Part shown: piece after piece, positions 1 to 9,188 of the stretch
Position numbering within the stretch: position 1 is the first letter of the stretch
How the letters are laid out: the number at the start of each line of letters is the position of its first letter
Source of the DNA: an uncultured Verrucomicrobiae bacterium
GTDB taxonomy: Bacteria > Verrucomicrobiota > Verrucomicrobiia > Chthoniobacterales > JAATET01
Assembly (NCBI GenBank): GCA_963719495.1
Contig: CAVRCI010000015.1
Location: forward strand, 32,001-96,000
Reading direction: 5' to 3'
Length of the DNA stretch: 64,000 bases
The notes under the pieces: model-generated
The model's database searches: none
Told to the model about the DNA's origin: nothing
The model's input: the letters and a program-made list of their open reading frames with translations, nothing else
Translations under genes and position numbers: made by a program

Positions 1-831
1 GACGGCTCCGTAGACGCCGTGCGGGATGGCGCGGGTGATGCCTTTGTGACCGTGGACGGCGAAGTCGAGCTCCCGGTCGAAGCCGGCGGCGAAGGCGGTT
101 GGGTTGAGGAAAATCGGGAGGTTCGCGAGGGCGAACGTGGCGACGGCGGCGAGGAACCAGAGCGAGAGGGTGGTCATCCAGCGTGGTCCGGAATGCGCGG
201 CGGCGGGGACGCCGCCGCTCGCACGCGGGGACGCGCGCGCTCCCCAGACGAGTGAGACGAGCGCGACCGGGATGACGAGGGCGCCGACGTATTTGCCGGA
301 GATGGCCAGGCCGGTGCCGATGCCGAGGAGGGCGGCGGTTTTGTTGCCGGGGTTGCGGTCGAAGGCGGCGAGCGCGAGGAAGAACGCGCTCACGCCGAGC
401 AGGACGGCGGGGTCTTCTTTGAAATAGTGCGCCAGCTCGAAGAGGTGGTGGTTCGTGACGAGGAGCGCACCCGCGAAGGCTCCGGCGAGGTGGCCGTAGA
501 GGAGGATCGTGAGGAGGACGAGGCAGAAGACCGCCCCGGCCGTGAACGTGGCGGAGACCCAACGGCCGACTTCGGTGACGCGTTGGACGTCGTCGCTGGC
601 TCCGGTGATCGCGACCGCGACCTTGGCCGCCGAGAGCATCAGCATCGGGTGGTGAAAATTGAATTCGCCCTCGATGATTTGGCGGGCCTTGCTCGGCTCG
701 TCGGGGTGGTAGCTGGCGGGGAAGGTGTTCGCCTGCGTGTAGGACCAGAGGGCGAGGAGGGCGAAGGCGAGGGAGAGGCCCAGGGCGGTCTTGTGATTGG
801 TGAATGGTGAATGGTGAATGGTGGGATTCAT
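1..831 (-). CDS. GT-C fold membrane glycosyltransferase (ArnT/PMT_2-like), partial, runs off the left edge
   Basis: Manual translation from ATG at 831, which overlaps the stop of the upstream gene: MNPTIHHSPFTNHKTALGLSLAFALLALWSY...SYHPDEP...FHHPMLM...LAHYFKEDP...AISGKYVG. It has an N-terminal TM followed by a DE motif and many TM segments. Not in the ORF track because it has no stop in the window. Confidence 0.75.
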   Translation of the reverse strand, partial: MNPTIHHSPFTNHKTALGLSLAFALLALWSYTQANTFPASYHPDEPSKARQIIEGEFNFHHPMLMLSAAKVAVAITGASDDVQRVTEVGRWVSATFTAGAVFCLVLLTILLYGHLAGAFAGALLVTNHHLFELAHYFKEDPAVLLGVSAFFLALAAFDRNPGNKTAALLGIGTGLAISGKYVGALVIPVALVSLVWGARASPRASGGVPAAAHSGPRWMTTLSLWFLAAVATFALANLPIFLNPTAFAAGFDRELDFAVHGHKGITRAIPHGVYGAV

Positions 832-2552
832 TCCTGCGGCGTGATCCAAGCTTCGACGACTTTGGCTTCGGGATCGTAGACGGTGAGGTCGACTTCGAGG
901 GTGAGGCCTTTGGGGATCGGAACGGCGATGGCGCTGCCGGCGTGGACGACTCCGGGATCCTCCGCGAGATTCTCGCCGGTCGCGGTGTCGCGGGCGTGAA
1001 CGATGGCGAAGCGCTGGCGGACCGGGCGGTCGAAAAGGATGACGAGCGCGTGGCCGTCCTTCGCGGTGAAGGTGAGATCTTCGGGCTCGATGCCCGTTTC
1101 AGCGGAGCGGTCGGCTAGCTCGGATGGAAGGTCCGCGATGCGGTGATTTTCGGGAAGTTGAAACGTCAGCGAAATGTCGCGGATCGAGCCTGGGACGGTG
1201 ACGACGGCGGTGCCGGGTTCGTTGGCCGGACGGGTGAAGCGGCGGTCGTCGGCCCATTTGTTGGGGGCGGAGGCGACGATGAGGTTGCCGGCGAGGAAGG
1301 CGCGCTCGTCGAAGTCGGTGGTGCGGCTCGCGGAGTCGGCGAGAGTTTGCCGGAGGTATTTGGCGCGTTCTTCGAAGTCGACTTTGACGTCCGGCGGGAA
1401 GGCGGCGTCGATCCAGTTGGCGGCGCGGGTCCAATCCTCGGCGGGAACGAAATTCACCGCGCGCAGCGCGGGGACCGACGTGGCGACGAGGGCGGTGCCG
1501 ACGCAGGCGACGACGAGGGCACGGAGCGAAAAGGGCGCGAAATCGCGGAGCAATGCGCCGGCCGCGAAGACGCCGGCGAAGGCGAACGGGATCGTCATGA
1601 ACGCGGCGACGCGGACGGGCGGGGATTCGAGAACGAGTAGAATCGAGAAGGCGGCGAGGGCGGCGGCGGAAACCGTCGCGAGGGCTCGGGCCGAGGGGTC
1701 GCGGCGATTCGCGAGCACCAGCGCGAACGGGGTGACTGCGACCGCGGCGAAGAATGCGGCGGTCGCGAGGTTGCTCGCGCTGAAGAGGTAAAGTTTGATG
1801 GCGCGGAGGATGCCTTCCCACGTCTCGAAGTCGTTCTCGGCGTCGCCGCGGAAGTCCGTGTAGGCGGTGATGAGCTGGGTGAGGACGGGCGCGTAAAGGA
1901 TAAGCGTGACACCCGCCGAGATCGACCCGGCGACGAAGACGTCACGGCGGCGAGTGGTCGCCCACAGGAGAAGGAGTAGCGGGCCGCCGAAGAAAACGAA
2001 CGACGGGACGGTGTAGATCCCGAGGACGATCGTGGCCGCAATCACTCCCAGCCAGAATCGATGATCGGTCCGGCAGTAGGCGAGGGTGCCGATGGATGCG
2101 AGGAGAGCGAAGAGGGCCAGGAATCCGTAGCCACGCGCCTCCATCGAGAGTGTCAACATCTGGGGTGCAAAACTCCACAGCGCCAGAAACACACCGGCCT
2201 CGAGAAACCGCCCCAGCGCCATGGCGAGGAGCAGCATGACGACCGGGATGGCGGCCGTCGCGAAGATCGCGAGGACGCGGACGCGGGCGGGGTTCAGCGA
2301 TTCGCGACCCGGGAGGATGCTGTTGAGGAGATTGAAGAAGATGTGGTTTTTCGGCGCGCGGTAGTCGGTGATCACCCGCACCGGTCCCTTGCCGCTGAAG
2401 GTCCCAATCGTGCCGAATTCGTCGGTCGAAAGCGACGTGCTCGCCATGGCGCCCATGACCTGCCCGGACTGGAAGAGGGCCAGGATCATGAGAAGAACGC
2501 CGAGCACGACCTCGACGCGCAGCCACGCGCGGACCCAGAGCGGGACGGTCAT
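828..2552 (-). CDS. GT-C fold membrane glycosyltransferase (PMT/ArnT-like) with a C-terminal extracytoplasmic domain
   Basis: TM1 followed by STDE, PKNHIFF and 'SMEARGYG' motifs, about 11 TM segments and a hydrophilic C-terminus. Confidence 0.7.
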   Translation of the reverse strand: MTVPLWVRAWLRVEVVLGVLLMILALFQSGQVMGAMASTSLSTDEFGTIGTFSGKGPVRVITDYRAPKNHIFFNLLNSILPGRESLNPARVRVLAIFATAAIPVVMLLLAMALGRFLEAGVFLALWSFAPQMLTLSMEARGYGFLALFALLASIGTLAYCRTDHRFWLGVIAATIVLGIYTVPSFVFFGGPLLLLLWATTRRRDVFVAGSISAGVTLILYAPVLTQLITAYTDFRGDAENDFETWEGILRAIKLYLFSASNLATAAFFAAVAVTPFALVLANRRDPSARALATVSAAALAAFSILLVLESPPVRVAAFMTIPFAFAGVFAAGALLRDFAPFSLRALVVACVGTALVATSVPALRAVNFVPAEDWTRAANWIDAAFPPDVKVDFEERAKYLRQTLADSASRTTDFDERAFLAGNLIVASAPNKWADDRRFTRPANEPGTAVVTVPGSIRDISLTFQLPENHRIADLPSELADRSAETGIEPEDLTFTAKDGHALVILFDRPVRQRFAIVHARDTATGENLAEDPGVVHAGSAIAVPIPKGLTLEVDLTVYDPEAKVVEAWITPQE

Positions 2553-2890
2553 CGGCGGAAGGAAATGGCGCGGGTTTTCAAGGTCGCCCGACGTTACCGA
2601 AGACGAATCGGCCCGCGAGAATTTCTTTTGCGGCGAGACCGGCGGTCGGGTCCCCGGATCTCACCGGTTTGGCGGCGAATCCCGCGAATTTTTCGTCGGC
2701 TGATTGCTGCTCCCAAGTCAATGGGTTGGCGCTCCTCGATTCCACCGATTCTCGGTGCCGTCCGACATCTCGGTGCTGGTGAGGGTGGATAACCGGACCG
2801 AAGGGCGAGGAGAGCGCAAAGGGGTGGGAGAATTCAAACAAAGCTCTGGCTTTTGAATTCCCCTTCTTTGCGATTTTCGCGTTCTTCTGT

Positions 2891-3973
2891 TCAAACACCT
2901 TGCGCTGCGAGTCTTCCGGCGGCTTCGCCGGTGGCGAGGGCGGTGCCGATGACGCGGAGGGCGGCCTGGGCTTCGTGGGTGGCGCTGAGGCAGCGGCCGG
3001 CGGTGAGGAGATTGGGGACCGTGGCGGAGCGGAGGGCTCGAGCGGGGATTTGGCAGGGGCCGGTGGGGTAGCGGAACTTGGGGCCACGGATGGTTTCGCG
3101 AAGTTCGATCGGCCACGTGGACACGGCGACGGCGTCGGGGAAAGTGGCTCCGGTGAGAATGTCGTCGGCGGTGAGCTGGTATCGACCGCGAACGAGGTGG
3201 CTTTCGCGGACGCCAAGTTGGGTGGACAGGGTCTTGCGGGTTGCGCGCTCGAAACCGGGAAGGGTGCGGAGATGGGAGACGACGCGGGCGGTCAGGTCGA
3301 GGGCTTGGTCGAAATCTTCGTGGGGGAGGTCGATGGTGACGTAGGTCTCTCCGACGCTTTCGCGGAGGGCGGCACCGGGGGCGACTCGGCGGAGGTGGTT
3401 GGCGATTTGGAGGCGGAGGTTGGGCGTGAGGGGAACTGCGTCCGCCAGGGTGAAGATGATGGCGGGGCGCTGGCGGGTGGGGGCGAGGTCGGCGGATTCC
3501 CGGGCGAGGTTGGCTTCGCCGGTCGTGTCGATGACGACGGTGGGTTCGAGTATGACGTCCCCGGAGATCCAAGACCGCGTGATTTCTGAACCAATGAACG
3601 GCCTGACCCCTCGGCTGAGGTGAGTGGTGAGGTTTTTGGTTTCGGCGGTGAGGGTGGTGGCGAGTTGGGCGAAGGCGGCGGGCTTGGTCGGGAGGACGTC
3701 GAGGCGGCCCATTCTCACGGGCGGGGCGGCTCCGCCGATGGCGAGGAGGCGCTCGGCGATTTCCTTCGGGAAGCCTTCGTGGGCGTATTCGGCTCCGGGC
3801 TTTTCCCGGATGTGGTAGAGGCCGCAAATGGTGTGGACGAGGGCGGCGGTGACGTTGCCGCCGAGCTGGGGGTTGCGCTCGACGAGGTGCGTGTTGGCTC
3901 CGGCGCGGGCGGCGGTGATGGCGGCGGCAATGCCGGCGGGGCCTCCGCCGACGACGAGGACGTCACACCGCAT
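2891..3973 (-). CDS. FAD-dependent oxidoreductase (FAD_oxidored family)
   Basis: DVLVVGGGPAGIAAA...ERNPQLGG, IDTTGEA, GVRES, IPARAL...NLLTAGRCLS, ATGEAAG. Confidence 0.85.
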   Translation of the reverse strand: MRCDVLVVGGGPAGIAAAITAARAGANTHLVERNPQLGGNVTAALVHTICGLYHIREKPGAEYAHEGFPKEIAERLLAIGGAAPPVRMGRLDVLPTKPAAFAQLATTLTAETKNLTTHLSRGVRPFIGSEITRSWISGDVILEPTVVIDTTGEANLARESADLAPTRQRPAIIFTLADAVPLTPNLRLQIANHLRRVAPGAALRESVGETYVTIDLPHEDFDQALDLTARVVSHLRTLPGFERATRKTLSTQLGVRESHLVRGRYQLTADDILTGATFPDAVAVSTWPIELRETIRGPKFRYPTGPCQIPARALRSATVPNLLTAGRCLSATHEAQAALRVIGTALATGEAAGRLAAQGV

Positions 3974-5324
3974 GCGCGGGGACGGTGGCGGGGCGGCCGA
4001 GGAGGTCTTCGCAGGTGTGGGCGAGGAGTTTCTTGGCCTCGGCTTCGGTGACGCTGCCTTCGCGCCAGGTGGTGACGACGGTGAGGCGGCCCTGGTTTTC
4101 GTTGCAGAAGATGCCGGAGCCGGGTGGGTTGCAGAGGGACGGGACGTGGTAGGCGTTGGTGACTTTGGCCCCGTGAAGTTCGGTGAGATTGGGGGCGAAG
4201 GGGCCGGTGTGGGAGTGGAAGAAGCTGGTGATCTCGCCGTTGAATTGCCAGCGAACCTGCCCCATGTAGGGCCGGGCGGGGAGGCGGCGCATGAGCTGCA
4301 TCATGGCTCCGAAGGCAACTTCGAGTTTCTGCCGCGTCATGTCGGCAAATTGCTGGTGGGCGGCTTTGGTGGCGTGTTCGACGGTGTCGAGGGTGTCTTT
4401 TTCCAAGCCGAAGAACATGATGCTCATTCGGTTCTGAAAGAAATCGGCTTTCGCTCCCTTGCGGCGGACCTGGATCGGGACGCTCACGACGTAGCGGTCG
4501 GGGTCCTGGCCGCGGTCGAGGAAGATGGCGCGGTGGGCGCGGGCGGCGCAGGCGAGGAAGTAGCCGAGGTTGAAGAGGGGGCCGGTGAGGGCGCGGGCGC
4601 GGGCGTGGATGGTCGCGGTGTCGGCGGGGTCGAAGGTGACGTGGGCGGCGCGGATGCGGCCGGGTTTGGCCGTAGGCCCGGCAAGGGATTGAAAACCGAG
4701 GCGGGAGAAGCGGTTGAGCCGATCCATGATGACGACCGCTTTTTTGAGGTTGTCGATGATCGAGGGTGCCGGGCTGGCGTTGGGGGCCGGGAGGTCGATG
4801 TCGGCGGCGGGCTCGGAGGGATTGGCGAGCTCGGTGGCGAAGTATTCCGCGCCCTTGCCGTCGAAGAGCAGGTGCGACCAGGAGAGGATGAGGACGGCGG
4901 TGCCGTCGGCTCGGAGGTAAAGGTCGAGGCGGAGATTGACCGTGCGGTCGGGGCGCGGGGTGTTGAGCAGGTCCTCGGCCCAGGTGTCGAACTCGGCGGC
5001 GGGTTGGAAGGAGTGCCCGCCGGGCGGCGAGGTGTCGTCTTCGGCCCAAAGGTGGATCGGTAGTCCGCGCTCGGAGTGGGGGAGGGGGTGCCAGCGGGCT
5101 TCGGAAGTGAGAAGGTTCCGCGAGATGCGGGCGTGGAGGAGGGGGTGGCTTCCGGCGAGGCGGTTGGCGGCGGCCTGGAGGTCGGTGAGGTCGGGGAGGC
5201 GGTCGAGCTCGATCCGGCTTTGGCTGACGAGCTCGTCCTGGCCGCTGCGGCGCATCATCTCGTTGACGGAGAGGACGAAGGCGTCGGCTCCGGTGAGCGG
5301 GATGGTGCGGGGCGGAGTTTTCAG
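3963..5324 (-). CDS. Stand-alone condensation-domain / CoA-dependent acyltransferase (NRPS C-domain, WS/DGAT or PapA-like fold)
   Basis: SHLLFDG is a variant of HHxxxDG; also HPLL and VPIQVR...FQN. The frame stays open upstream of ATG 5258 as (CTG)KTPPRTIPLTGADAFVL, so the start is uncertain (5258-5324). Confidence 0.7.
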   Translation of the reverse strand: MKTPPRTIPLTGADAFVLSVNEMMRRSGQDELVSQSRIELDRLPDLTDLQAAANRLAGSHPLLHARISRNLLTSEARWHPLPHSERGLPIHLWAEDDTSPPGGHSFQPAAEFDTWAEDLLNTPRPDRTVNLRLDLYLRADGTAVLILSWSHLLFDGKGAEYFATELANPSEPAADIDLPAPNASPAPSIIDNLKKAVVIMDRLNRFSRLGFQSLAGPTAKPGRIRAAHVTFDPADTATIHARARALTGPLFNLGYFLACAARAHRAIFLDRGQDPDRYVVSVPIQVRRKGAKADFFQNRMSIMFFGLEKDTLDTVEHATKAAHQQFADMTRQKLEVAFGAMMQLMRRLPARPYMGQVRWQFNGEITSFFHSHTGPFAPNLTELHGAKVTNAYHVPSLCNPPGSGIFCNENQGRLTVVTTWREGSVTEAEAKKLLAHTCEDLLGRPATVPAHAV

Positions 5325-5373
5325 ATTTAGGAACTATGTTTTAAGAATTGATTCGTCTCGGCGCTGGTGAGGA

Positions 5374-5637
5374 TCAAGTCGCGTATTTCTGGACGAGCGG
5401 GACGATGGTCTTGATGGTGCCAAATTTTTCGGTGGTCATTTCCTCGGGCGGGATGGCGGCTCCGAAGCGGTCTTCGACCATGACGAGGAGCTGCATGATG
5501 GCCATGGAGTCGAGTCCGGCGGCGAAGAGATCGTCGTCGGCTCCGAAGCCGGGGGGAGTCTCGAGCAGGTTGCCGACGATCATCTCCAGGAGGGCGGCTT
5601 CAATCTGATCAGGGGAGGGATTGTCGCCGGGATTCAT
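5374..5637 (-). CDS. Acyl/peptidyl carrier protein
   Basis: 87 aa acidic protein with the phosphopantetheine motif DLFAAGLDSMAIMQL. Confidence 0.9.
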   Translation of the reverse strand: MNPGDNPSPDQIEAALLEMIVGNLLETPPGFGADDDLFAAGLDSMAIMQLLVMVEDRFGAAIPPEEMTTEKFGTIKTIVPLVQKYAT

Positions 5638-5709
5638 GGCGGGGATTGATGAAATTCGGGTGTGGGTTGTCAAGCTTGGGGGCGGGGAGGATTGGCGCTT
5701 CGCGCTTGG

Positions 5710-6597
5710 TTAACGTGGCTCGGGCTGGAAGCCCTCGCCCGCGGGCTGGAAGCCCGCGCTCCCCAGAAACTGCTTCGCAGTTTGCGCTCCAACGTCGATG
5801 AGTTGCTGGCGGTCGGAGTGGTCGCCGAACTTGGGGCGGCGGTGGTTGGATCGGCAGTGGATGATGCGTTTGCCGCGCTCGACGGCGAGAGCGGCCACGA
5901 GATCGTGCACGCGGTGCTGGATGATGTGGTGGGCGACGTTGATGCCGTCGGAGATGGTGAGGTGGGCTCCGTGGCCAGCCAGATCGGTGTGCTCGGGGTG
6001 GTCGGCGGTGTGGAGGATGATCGTGTCGATGGCGGGGTCGTCGAGGAATTGGGCAACGGGGTTGCTGTCGGCGATGCCGCCGTCCCAGTAGAGGTTGTCG
6101 TCGATCCGGACCCCGGCGAAGAGCCCGGGCACGGCCCAGCTGGCGGTGATGAAGTCGGCGAGCGGGCCGCGGCGGATCATTTCGGCGCGGCCCTGGGTGA
6201 GGTTCGAGACGCTGATCGAGAGGTCGGCGGTGGGGCAATCCTCGATTCGCTGATCGCCGACGATGTTGCGGAGATGCGCGAGGGCGTGACGTCCGCTGAG
6301 GAAGCCGGTGAAGCCCCGCCAGTTGACCAGCATTGGGAAACCGCGCAGGACGCTCGGCCAATCCCAGAACGCTTTGACCATTCGTTGATCGAGGATGATT
6401 TCGCGGATGCGCTCGGGCGGGATGCCCGCCGCGTAGAGTCCGGCGACGTAGGCCCCGGCGGAGGCTCCGCTGATACGGGCGGGCGCGACGCCGGCGTCGA
6501 CGAGGCCTTGCAGAAATCCGGTGTGCACGAAGAAACCGAGGAAGGAGGCCCCGAGGCAGACGGCAATCCGGTCGTTGGGGGGGAGCGGTTCGGTCAC
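5710..6597 (-). CDS. Patatin-like phospholipase
   Basis: LGASFLGFFVH (variant oxyanion loop), ISGASAG nucleophile, ASWAVPG and WDGG. GTG start at 6597 overlaps the upstream stop. Confidence 0.85.
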   Translation of the reverse strand: MTEPLPPNDRIAVCLGASFLGFFVHTGFLQGLVDAGVAPARISGASAGAYVAGLYAAGIPPERIREIILDQRMVKAFWDWPSVLRGFPMLVNWRGFTGFLSGRHALAHLRNIVGDQRIEDCPTADLSISVSNLTQGRAEMIRRGPLADFITASWAVPGLFAGVRIDDNLYWDGGIADSNPVAQFLDDPAIDTIILHTADHPEHTDLAGHGAHLTISDGINVAHHIIQHRVHDLVAALAVERGKRIIHCRSNHRRPKFGDHSDRQQLIDVGAQTAKQFLGSAGFQPAGEGFQPEPR

Positions 6598-7649
6598 GGC
6601 TTGGATTCCGACCGACGGTAAAGTGCGAAGACGACGCCGCCCAAAAAGTTCCACACGCTCCAACAGGCAAAGCCGCCGAGCGAGACGAGGACGGCGCTTT
6701 CCATCGGGATGTCGGCGAGGGCTTCGAGGAGGTATTCGAAGGTCTTCTCCCGGACGCCCAGACCGGCGACGGAGATCGGCAGGGAAATGAGCGCTTCGAC
6801 GACGGGCATGGCGGACAGGAAGGACGGCAGGGAAATCGAGACCGCGAGGGCGCGGGCGGCGGCGAAAAACGTGAAGTAGTAAGCGAAGAGCGCGACGAAC
6901 GAGACGGCGACGGCGGAGAGACTGGCCCGCCACTGGCTCCGCATCTCCGTGAAGGCGGCGTGCATGTCGTCGGCGACTTTTCCGAGGCTGGCGGGGATGG
7001 GGGCCCAAGGGGGAATCGGAAATTTCGACACCAGGATGCACAGCGCGATGCCGACGAAGGCAAGGGTGACGTAACCGATGACGAACCAGAACATCGTGGC
7101 GGTCACGGGGTTGGTCAGGAGAAGATCGGCGCGCGAAACGGTGAAGATGGCCGTCGCCGCGAGCAGGGCCCCGAGTCCGCTCATGTGGTCCATTGCCAGG
7201 CTCATGAAGGCAGTGGTCTTGCGGTGCGGGTATTCGCGCATGACGCAGACGGCCTTGGCGGCGTCGCCACCCGTGGCCCCGAGCAGAAAAAGGTCGAAGA
7301 AGCCGCCGATGAGGTAGATCGCGGTGACTCGTCGCCACGACAGGTGAAGGGCGAGCATTTCGAGAAAAATCCGCCAGCGGACGATTCCGGCGACCACGGC
7401 CACGCCCGCACTCGCGACGGCGACGGCGATCCAGATCGGATTCGCTCCGGACAGCAGTCGGGTCATCGTGCCATTTCCGCTCAGGTCGGAAAAAATCCAG
7501 TAGAGCAGCCCGCCGGAAATCGCGATCTGGATGAGCGAGACGAAAGTCCGGCGCGCCCGGGACGGGGCCGGCGTCTCGGTGGGATCGCTCGCAGGGACCG
7601 CCGCTTCGGTCGGGGCCTGGGTCGGAGGATCAACTGGCGGGCTCGTCAT
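6594..7649 (-). CDS. LPG_synthase_TM / UPF0104 family flippase-like membrane protein
   Basis: RWRIFL, GATGGDAAK, DHMSG and LPISVAGLGVRE motifs; about 8 TM segments. Confidence 0.85.
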   Translation of the reverse strand: MTSPPVDPPTQAPTEAAVPASDPTETPAPSRARRTFVSLIQIAISGGLLYWIFSDLSGNGTMTRLLSGANPIWIAVAVASAGVAVVAGIVRWRIFLEMLALHLSWRRVTAIYLIGGFFDLFLLGATGGDAAKAVCVMREYPHRKTTAFMSLAMDHMSGLGALLAATAIFTVSRADLLLTNPVTATMFWFVIGYVTLAFVGIALCILVSKFPIPPWAPIPASLGKVADDMHAAFTEMRSQWRASLSAVAVSFVALFAYYFTFFAAARALAVSISLPSFLSAMPVVEALISLPISVAGLGVREKTFEYLLEALADIPMESAVLVSLGGFACWSVWNFLGGVVFALYRRSESKP

Positions 7650-7741
7650 CGTTGGGAAGGTAGACAAATGAAACGACCCTTCGCGTGGGAGCGAGAGATA
7701 TTTTGTTTGCGTGAAACAATGTACCGATTGCATTTGCTTTC

Positions 7742-7954
7742 ATGAAGTTTCCGATCGCACTGGCACTTTGTCTATCCGGCGCGAGCGTCTGGGCGGGGGA
7801 CTGGGTGTATCAGATCCGGAAGCCGAATCCGCGGGCGCTTGCCCGGGCGGGAAGTATCTCCGGACGATCACGGGGTTCGGGGTGGAAGATCGGTTTTACG
7901 ACGAGACGAATCGTCAGTCGCGGGGCGATACGATTGACCGGCTCGCCAGCTTGA
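7742..7954 (+). CDS. Small putative secreted hypothetical protein
   Basis: Signal-peptide-like N-terminus MKFPIALALCLSGASVWA; divergent from the flippase gene. Confidence 0.35.
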   Translation: MKFPIALALCLSGASVWAGDWVYQIRKPNPRALARAGSISGRSRGSGWKIGFTTRRIVSRGAIRLTGSPA

Positions 7955-8123
7955 AGCGGGCCGTTCGTAAGAATAGGACCGGGCTGCGCGTGGATTACAT
8001 CGATTCAAGACCAGTTGGGCGGGCGTCGAGTGGCTCTGGGACGACCGACGTGGCAGTGGAGGGAGCGCGAGATCGTGTTGCCGAACCAGCCACTGAGAAT
8101 GAAGAGGAGGCGGGGGATTTGGT

Positions 8124-9122
8124 TCATCGGAGAGCGGCGGTGCGTTGGTCGGCGGGGGCGATTGGATGGAAGACGGCGGTCTTGCCGCCGGGGAGATTGG
8201 TGTCGGTGGCGTTGAGCGTCTGAAGGCGGGTCAGGAGCGCGGAGACCTCCGCGGCGGGCGCGAGGGCGAGCAGGGATCGGTCGGCGCGGCGGTTGATGGC
8301 GCGGTTGAGGGTCGGCCAGACGAAGAGGGCGAGGAAGCACCAGGTGGTGACGATCGCGGGACCGAGGAAGGCGGATTGGATGGGAAACGGTGACGGGAAG
8401 CGGAGCGCGAGGGCGACGCCTCCGAGGATCCAGAGGGCGGCGATGGCCGTCGTCACGAGGCTGGCGCCGGAGCGGACGAACCAGTTCTCGCGCGCGACGA
8501 GGAGCGCGGCTTCGCGGGGCTTCAGCTGGCTTGCAACCGTGGTGGAGAGGCAGAGGTGGCGCGGTGGGAGCGGGCGGACGTAGCCGTTGACGGTCGTCGT
8601 CTCGGCGTTGTCGAACCAACGGATGGGGCGGGTGGGATGATCGAGCTTGGTCAGCTCGGCGGCGAGTTTGGTTTCGTAGGCGGCTTCCGGGGCGTCGGGT
8701 GGGGCGTGGAAACCGCTCGGTAGGCGGAGGAGGGCGACGGCGACGATGATCGCCGCGAGCGCGAAGAACGGCCCGGCCAGACCGGAACTGGCGGCGACGT
8801 AGAAGAACGTGAAAGCGATGACGAGGGCGAGGGCGTTGAGCGCTGAGGCACGGAGCCAGTCCGCGAGCCAGCCTTTGAGAGGCTGGGTGGTGCGGTCGAA
8901 GGCGGTTTCGGTCGTGTGGCCGACGAGGATCTCGAACGGCAGGTTGGCGAGCGGCCAGAGGATCGCGATGAGGGCGAAGACGGCGACGATCGGAAAATGG
9001 GCGGGAATGAGTGGAGCCCACCCGACGGCGGTGAGCGCGAGGACCCAGATCGCGCCGAGGTTGGTGCCGATGGAGGTGATCCCGGACCAGAGGCGGACGC
9101 GTTGGTAGGCGGTGGAATTCAT
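8124..9122 (-). CDS. Ste24/HtpX (peptidase M48)-like membrane protein lacking HExxH
   Basis: M48-like topology and motifs (TTVNGY, 'NRRADR', C-terminal FHP...QR), but ARENW replaces AHExGH. Confidence 0.55.
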   Translation of the reverse strand: MNSTAYQRVRLWSGITSIGTNLGAIWVLALTAVGWAPLIPAHFPIVAVFALIAILWPLANLPFEILVGHTTETAFDRTTQPLKGWLADWLRASALNALALVIAFTFFYVAASSGLAGPFFALAAIIVAVALLRLPSGFHAPPDAPEAAYETKLAAELTKLDHPTRPIRWFDNAETTTVNGYVRPLPPRHLCLSTTVASQLKPREAALLVARENWFVRSGASLVTTAIAALWILGGVALALRFPSPFPIQSAFLGPAIVTTWCFLALFVWPTLNRAINRRADRSLLALAPAAEVSALLTRLQTLNATDTNLPGGKTAVFHPIAPADQRTAALR

Positions 9123-9188
9123 GGGAGTTTGAGGCTTCGCCTTCGGGCTGGTGATCGGCTGGAAGCCGATGGCACGAGCGTTAAATCC

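Noticed and set aside
6598..7338. N-terminal extension of the patatin ORF (542 aa in the track)
   Set aside because: It overlaps the flippase gene in another frame; patatin motifs begin at GTG 6597
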